Of a stretch of 64,000 nucleotides of DNA, positions 59,256 to 64,000 are shown one piece after another (position 1 is the stretch's first letter; every line of letters begins with the position of its first letter). Source of the DNA: Candidatus Latescibacterota bacterium (GTDB taxonomy: Bacteria > Latescibacterota > UBA2968); NCBI GenBank assembly GCA_965204375.1, contig OZ241986.1:5088001-5152000 (forward strand), given 5' to 3'. The notes beneath the pieces were generated by a model. It was not told the DNA's origin, did not search any database, and saw only the letters and a program-made list of their open reading frames with translations. Made by a program: the position numbers and the translations under genes.

Positions 59256-60316
59256 TTGACAAGTTTGTTCTTGAGTTGATAGGTTTTCTTACGCCAGCAG
59301 TGGCCCTGCTGGCGTTATTGCTTTTTTTTCCGGAGAAGATCGAAAAATGGTCTGCACTCGCCTGGAAAGCAATTGGATGGTTTGGTATCCTCGGTAGGAA
59401 GGCAAAAAAGAAATATATCAAACACGATCTCCAAGGACGTATGAATGATTTTGTGAAACTTCTTCGCAAGAGCACCCCCGAGTTGCCTAAAGAAAAGCTC
59501 GTCATTGAATGGGTGGATACTGACATAGGGAGGAAAAGTTTTATTGCGGATGGCAATGTCGTGTTGCGGCTCCACAGTTCTGATCGTAAGGACCACAATT
59601 TTGTTCACGCAGCGTATCTATATATTTCAACTGCCCTTTTGTATAAGGCCAAACGATATTTATCGCCCATACAAAGAGAAGCGATTGACCTTTATATGTG
59701 TGCGGAATTGCTAAAAAAAGAAAAACCATCTACGGTTGATTTCTTTCTTCAAAAATATCTGCACCCTCAAGCGAAAAAGAAGAAATTCAGGCTTACAAAT
59801 TATTTAGATGATTTTGTCCAGATAGATCATAACAACCTGTTTGCTCACATCTTGTTAAAGGAATTACATTATCTTGGAGACAAAGTATTTGGACGCAGAC
59901 AAGATGACCAGATCATCAAAGAGGTCAACGGACTGATCAATTTTTTAAAGCAAATTTCAAATCGGATGATCGGAGATGAGAACGACACGGACTTCAACGG
60001 AGTTTATTGCAAATTTGGGATTATCATAATTGGTCGTCGAGAAAAACTCGTTAATTCAATTAAACCTTACATCAACTTCATACGCGGAAATTTTGTGAAA
60101 AAAAGCATTGAGACCATATACTTACTATCAAGACGGGAAAACGCACACTATCTCAAAGAAATTATACAACCATTTCTGAATGATTATTCATTAGTCAGAA
60201 ATGTTAGATTAAACCAAGTGTTCCGATATGATAATGACCGACGAGAACAAGTAAAGTGTTGTTTGATGGTTTTGCGTCTAAAGGACATAAAGATGATAGT
60301 CCCTTCGAGATTTTAA
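59252..60316 (+). CDS. hypothetical protein with N-terminal membrane anchor
   Basis: 354-aa AT-rich ORF, ATGA overlap with the Zn-finger gene, hydrophobic N-terminus. Confidence 0.75.
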   Translation: MIDKFVLELIGFLTPAVALLALLLFFPEKIEKWSALAWKAIGWFGILGRKAKKKYIKHDLQGRMNDFVKLLRKSTPELPKEKLVIEWVDTDIGRKSFIADGNVVLRLHSSDRKDHNFVHAAYLYISTALLYKAKRYLSPIQREAIDLYMCAELLKKEKPSTVDFFLQKYLHPQAKKKKFRLTNYLDDFVQIDHNNLFAHILLKELHYLGDKVFGRRQDDQIIKEVNGLINFLKQISNRMIGDENDTDFNGVYCKFGIIIIGRREKLVNSIKPYINFIRGNFVKKSIETIYLLSRRENAHYLKEIIQPFLNDYSLVRNVRLNQVFRYDNDRREQVKCCLMVLRLKDIKMIVPSRF

Positions 60317-60508
60317 TTGCTGCCCAATTTCTTCATAAAATCCGACCATTCATTTTTTTATCCCAATACCCGCATCAACCTTCGCTTCTGCTTCACGCAA
60401 TTCTTCTACAAATTCTTCACGCAGTTCCAGTCCCTCATCAGGATCGCCGGTCTCCTCTTGAGTCACGGTACGAGCCTCCTCTATATCCTCAGGTCGTTTA
60501 ACAGGCAT
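60313..60508 (-). pseudogene. orphan acidic antitoxin-like gene, apparently frameshifted
   Basis: Hand translation MPVKRPEDIEE...GDPDEGLELREEFVEELRE...GIKK* (stop 60350); removing one A from the A7 run gives ...WSDFMKKLGSN*; RBS AGGAG. Confidence 0.55.
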
Positions 60509-60568
60509 CCCAGTCTCCTAAAGTAAAAAATTTTGCAATGGGTCTGTCAACACGCCTCGCGGAATCGT

Positions 60569-62365
60569 TCACCGAAACGCGATGCGATAAGTCAAAGCAT
60601 TTTCAGCGTTGATGTGCGCCGTCACGACCTGACGATCGCCGGACTTGAGATCGGTATCGGAAAAAGTGACCGCATTTTCGGTTTCAATGTAAAAAGAAAC
60701 ATCACCGCGCGTGAGAACCGACCCGTTCTTTATTGTATCCAGTTCTCCCTTCAGAAGCGGGATAACCTCTGCAAATACACCGGGGTAATTGACAGAAACA
60801 GTGATTGCATTGCTGGCAAATAGGATCGTCTTGCTGCCGGTTTCACCCAGAGGATAGGTGATCTCGAGATCGCCATCGGGCAGGTCGCGGATACCGGGTC
60901 GCGGTATTAGCGGATTGCCATTAATCCGAAAAGCAGCGGCAATATCGGACTTTTCGCAGAGCGTATGATTGACAATCGTCCCCCAGGCAGCATGATCTGT
61001 ATCCGTTTGAGACTGGAGAATAGCACCAGCGCGAGGATGCCAGAGCAATCCCAGTCCATACCGTTGTTGGGCACTGAGTACAGGTCCCGTATTAAAAGCG
61101 GCGTAATAGGTTGGACGACGGACAAACGTAAAAACCACCGGGTGACGACTGTCAACCCGCTGGTGTGTGAAGTGGTCTCGTGCGATATAGGGCAACATCG
61201 CAGTGGCCGCTTTTTTTTGTTCCAGCGTGGGATACCATGTAATGTGATCCCGGTGCAAAAACGCATAAGGCGTGAAAGCCCAAAATTCACCGACCTCAAG
61301 CGGTGCAACAGTGGGCCAATTGGCTTCAAGGTGGGCGCGCGCATCTGCAATATCCCGTGCATGTGCTTCAGCCGTGCGCCCATAAGCGCGGGGTAACTCG
61401 AGTACTTCACCGAGTGCAGTCGTGTCGATATCGCCAGAATTAGACCTCTCGGCACCGCCGAGATTGGCGCGATACTCGGTGAGAAAAGCTCTCTGCTGGC
61501 GGGTTTCAATGGCGCGGTTGAGCGCGTACCCCGTACCATCGGGTTCGCGCACGGCATTGTAGGAAAACCAATCGTACCAGCGCCGCTCTTTCTCTATAAA
61601 AAAAGACGCCCGATCCGTGCTGCGAGCATAGTGATACGCAACGTGGATATCGCTGTGGTGAGTACCGAGAAAATAGCCCCAATCGGGACCGCTGCGCTCG
61701 TAAAAATAACCGGCTGGACTCTGAAATTCCGTCAAACTCTCTTCAAGACGCTGATCGAGCAAATACTCGAGTTCTGAATCGGGAAAGAGGTCGAGATACG
61801 CCAGCGCGCCGCCCCAGGCATTGGCGTACTGATTGGTAAAGTTGCGACCGTGGGTTTGTAATTCATCTATAGTAAAAGTGGCGTAGAGTGCTTTGCGGTC
61901 GGCGGCTATGACGTGCTCGTGCAGGGCTGAATCAATGGCCGGACCACTGTCGAGGAGGTGGAGGGTTTGCCCCATAAATTTTGTGGCAAAAGCAGTGGCG
62001 GCGAGATTCCACTTGCCGGGACCGTACTCGCTGAAACGCCCATCTCCGTTTTGAATGCCACACCAGAAATCGAGCGCAGCCTCAAGACGCTGGCGCAGGT
62101 CGGGCTGTGCGTAAAACACATTCCAGGGGCGGTCGGTGCAAAAAAAGAAAGCCAGCGCGAGAATATTTTCCATAATACGCGCATTGTGCGGTTTGTTGTC
62201 CTTCGGATTTCGCCAGACCGAAATATTGATAAAGCCGCGATTGGGGCCATCCATCTCAACGACATTGGCAATCCGATGAAAATGCGACAAATAATAGGGC
62301 AAATCGAGTTCGCCATCGGCAAAGTCGGCTGGTGAAAAATCAGCAACAGGCGCGGGATTAAGCAT
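60569..62365 (-). CDS. hypothetical protein (possible alpha-toroid plus beta-sandwich carbohydrate-active enzyme)
   Basis: 598-aa ORF with RBS AAGGAG; QNGDGRFSEY and QSPAGYFYE repeats; function not assignable. Confidence 0.65.
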   Translation of the reverse strand: MLNPAPVADFSPADFADGELDLPYYLSHFHRIANVVEMDGPNRGFINISVWRNPKDNKPHNARIMENILALAFFFCTDRPWNVFYAQPDLRQRLEAALDFWCGIQNGDGRFSEYGPGKWNLAATAFATKFMGQTLHLLDSGPAIDSALHEHVIAADRKALYATFTIDELQTHGRNFTNQYANAWGGALAYLDLFPDSELEYLLDQRLEESLTEFQSPAGYFYERSGPDWGYFLGTHHSDIHVAYHYARSTDRASFFIEKERRWYDWFSYNAVREPDGTGYALNRAIETRQQRAFLTEYRANLGGAERSNSGDIDTTALGEVLELPRAYGRTAEAHARDIADARAHLEANWPTVAPLEVGEFWAFTPYAFLHRDHITWYPTLEQKKAATAMLPYIARDHFTHQRVDSRHPVVFTFVRRPTYYAAFNTGPVLSAQQRYGLGLLWHPRAGAILQSQTDTDHAAWGTIVNHTLCEKSDIAAAFRINGNPLIPRPGIRDLPDGDLEITYPLGETGSKTILFASNAITVSVNYPGVFAEVIPLLKGELDTIKNGSVLTRGDVSFYIETENAVTFSDTDLKSGDRQVVTAHINAENALTYRIAFR

Positions 62366-62418
62366 GAATCAACTCCTTTGGATAAACAATTCGTCTAAGA
62401 GAGCAAACTATAAAAAAT

Positions 62419-62452
62419 AAAAAAGCGGTGATCCGAAGACCACCGCTTTTTT
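62419..62452. terminator. bidirectional intrinsic terminator
   Basis: aaaaaagcggtg-loop-caccgctttttt. Confidence 0.75.
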
Positions 62453-62469
62453 GCGTTTATCGCGAACGC

Positions 62470-63588
62470 TTATTTATTGCGATGTAAAATTTGTTGCAAA
62501 CGCCCGACCTCGCGTTGCAGATAATTGATATGCTGATAAACCGCTGCCTCTACAGGCTCTATCAGAGGCTCTGGACGCAAAGCGACCAGAGCAGCGCTAT
62601 CCATCTGATCCAGTTCGACCTGTATCGCCACCACCTGTCCCTCGCGCCGAATCCCCAGCGTTGCGGTCTCGCCCGGCGTACTTTCCAGCACCATCCGCTT
62701 CAAATGCACCGGACCACCAATGGCACGCCCGCGATATGAAAGCACCACATCGCCCGGCTGGATTCCGCCCTCAGTTGCGGGACTATTGGGCTGCACATTG
62801 ACCACCACCACCTCGTTGCCCCGTTGTGCAACCTCCACACCCAGTTTGCCATACGCCACCTGCCCATGTGCAACCAGGGCGCGTGCCACCCGCATCGCGC
62901 GATTGATCGGAATGACAAAAACCGACGACGGCAGGGGGGTCCATCCAAATAGAGAACCATCGTCTTGTGTAACGGTGCGAATCGGGTCTTCATAGCGCCA
63001 CACCATGCCCCCAACCCGTCCATTACCGCAAAACACAGGTGCCCCGCCATAACTGCTCTGCACGCGGGCCGACACCTGAAACAAATCCCTATCCCGATAG
63101 ATTCCGTACACCATCCCAACAGAAGGCACCAGATTGCCAAAGTCATTGCCCAACAAAAGGGCGTAATGCCCAATTTTAATATGCTGTGAATCTCCCATCA
63201 CAACCGTGGGCAAATTTTCTGCCTCAACGCGAATAACAGCAATTCCCGAAACCGGGTCTGCCCCCACGAGCGAAGCCCGCACTTGTACGCCAGAAGCGAG
63301 CGTCACCCGAATCTCATCGGCATCTGCAATAGCAGCTTCGATCGTTAAAATATAACCCTGGGGATCAAAAATAAACCCCGTGCCGTGGGTAAACACCGAA
63401 CCAAACGGCCCGCTATCTGCCCGCGCACGGGGAGGATAGAGCGTGTGAATTCTCACCACACTCTGCCGATTATCTTCCAAAATTGCTGCAATTTCCTCTT
63501 CAAGCGCGCACAACAGGCTGCGTTCTTCCGTCCATCCCCTGCCCACAACGATCAGACACAACGCCATTGCGCAACACAAAGATCTCAT
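62470..63588 (-). CDS. HtrA/DegP-like trypsin-fold plus PDZ protein, catalytic triad absent
   Basis: GTGFIF, GYILT, IPIN, LGV, SPA..GIQPGDVV; His, Asp and Ser positions substituted. Confidence 0.82.
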   Translation of the reverse strand: MRSLCCAMALCLIVVGRGWTEERSLLCALEEEIAAILEDNRQSVVRIHTLYPPRARADSGPFGSVFTHGTGFIFDPQGYILTIEAAIADADEIRVTLASGVQVRASLVGADPVSGIAVIRVEAENLPTVVMGDSQHIKIGHYALLLGNDFGNLVPSVGMVYGIYRDRDLFQVSARVQSSYGGAPVFCGNGRVGGMVWRYEDPIRTVTQDDGSLFGWTPLPSSVFVIPINRAMRVARALVAHGQVAYGKLGVEVAQRGNEVVVVNVQPNSPATEGGIQPGDVVLSYRGRAIGGPVHLKRMVLESTPGETATLGIRREGQVVAIQVELDQMDSAALVALRPEPLIEPVEAAVYQHINYLQREVGRLQQILHRNK

Positions 63589-63620
63589 GATCCCGCCTCT
63601 CTCCACTTGTCGAGTCAACG

Positions 63621-63998
63621 TCAAAATGAATACGAAACGGGAACCTGTTTTACGCGGCGCAAATCGCGCATATCCGATGGCAGTTGCTTCAACCGCGATG
63701 CGGAATCCACACGCGCCGAATCCCGATAATGACGAGAATCCAGACTATAAGACTCCTTGGACAAACGCTCCAATTCCAGAGCACCGACATCAACACTCGG
63801 CAATCTCTCGCCCGGCACGAGCGGAATTTCCTGGCGCTCTACTGCCATTTGTGAGGTAGGTGTTGTATCGCTATGAAAAACCACCTGAGTCAACCCCAGG
63901 CCGATCACCACCGCCGCCGCCAGTGTTGTAATCGTCCGCGAGACAGAAGAAAATATTGCGCGACGCGCCCTGTTCAAAGGGTGTTTTTCTTTTGCCAT
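63621..63998 (-). CDS. single-TM protein, possibly the C-terminal part of an anti-sigma factor (may extend beyond the window)
   Basis: TM segment TLAAAVVIGLGL upstream of the HtrA-like gene; anti-sigma identity is inferred from context only. Confidence 0.4.
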   Translation of the reverse strand: MAKEKHPLNRARRAIFSSVSRTITTLAAAVVIGLGLTQVVFHSDTTPTSQMAVERQEIPLVPGERLPSVDVGALELERLSKESYSLDSRHYRDSARVDSASRLKQLPSDMRDLRRVKQVPVSYSF

Positions 63999-64000
63999 AG

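Overview
Bacterial chromosomal window with no rRNA, tRNA, CRISPR array or transposase that I can see. The backbone is housekeeping plus sugar-acid and nitrogen metabolism: M32 carboxypeptidase, nucleoside hydrolase, rsgA, two LolC/E permeases, four enolase-superfamily enzymes, UxuA-like, two Ldh_2-family dehydrogenases, PL10 and other lyase-like proteins, 2OG-Fe(II)/PhyH oxygenases, and a urea operon urtA-porin-urtBCDE-ureAB-ureC-ureF-ureG-ureD. The urease and UreG look plant/fungal-type and there is no ureE. Three accessory patches interrupt the backbone. (1) 11.9-16.5 kb: two tandem coiled-coil/TM minigenes, a predicted ~57-nt sRNA divergent from an NYN RNase, a decayed yefM-yoeB pair and mcrBC. 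(2) 42.1-48.0 kb: a four-gene operon of amino-MTase, MORC-type GHKL ATPase/histidine-kinase fusion, receiver-domain protein and a DUF2290-like HxH protein, with no recognisable restriction nuclease. This is the best candidate for an uncharacterised system. (3) 52.6-60.5 kb: AAA-PD(D/E)xK protein, clan AA protease, duplicated small genes, ABC-ATPase/TOPRIM-like pair, Zn-finger plus membrane-protein pair and an orphan antitoxin. Intergenic DNA carries 7-10 bp tandem repeats and a dispersed ~30-37 bp hairpin element. All family calls come from motifs recognised by eye, not database searches. Several starts were moved from the ORF track to the codon with a plausible RBS or family-typical N-terminus.
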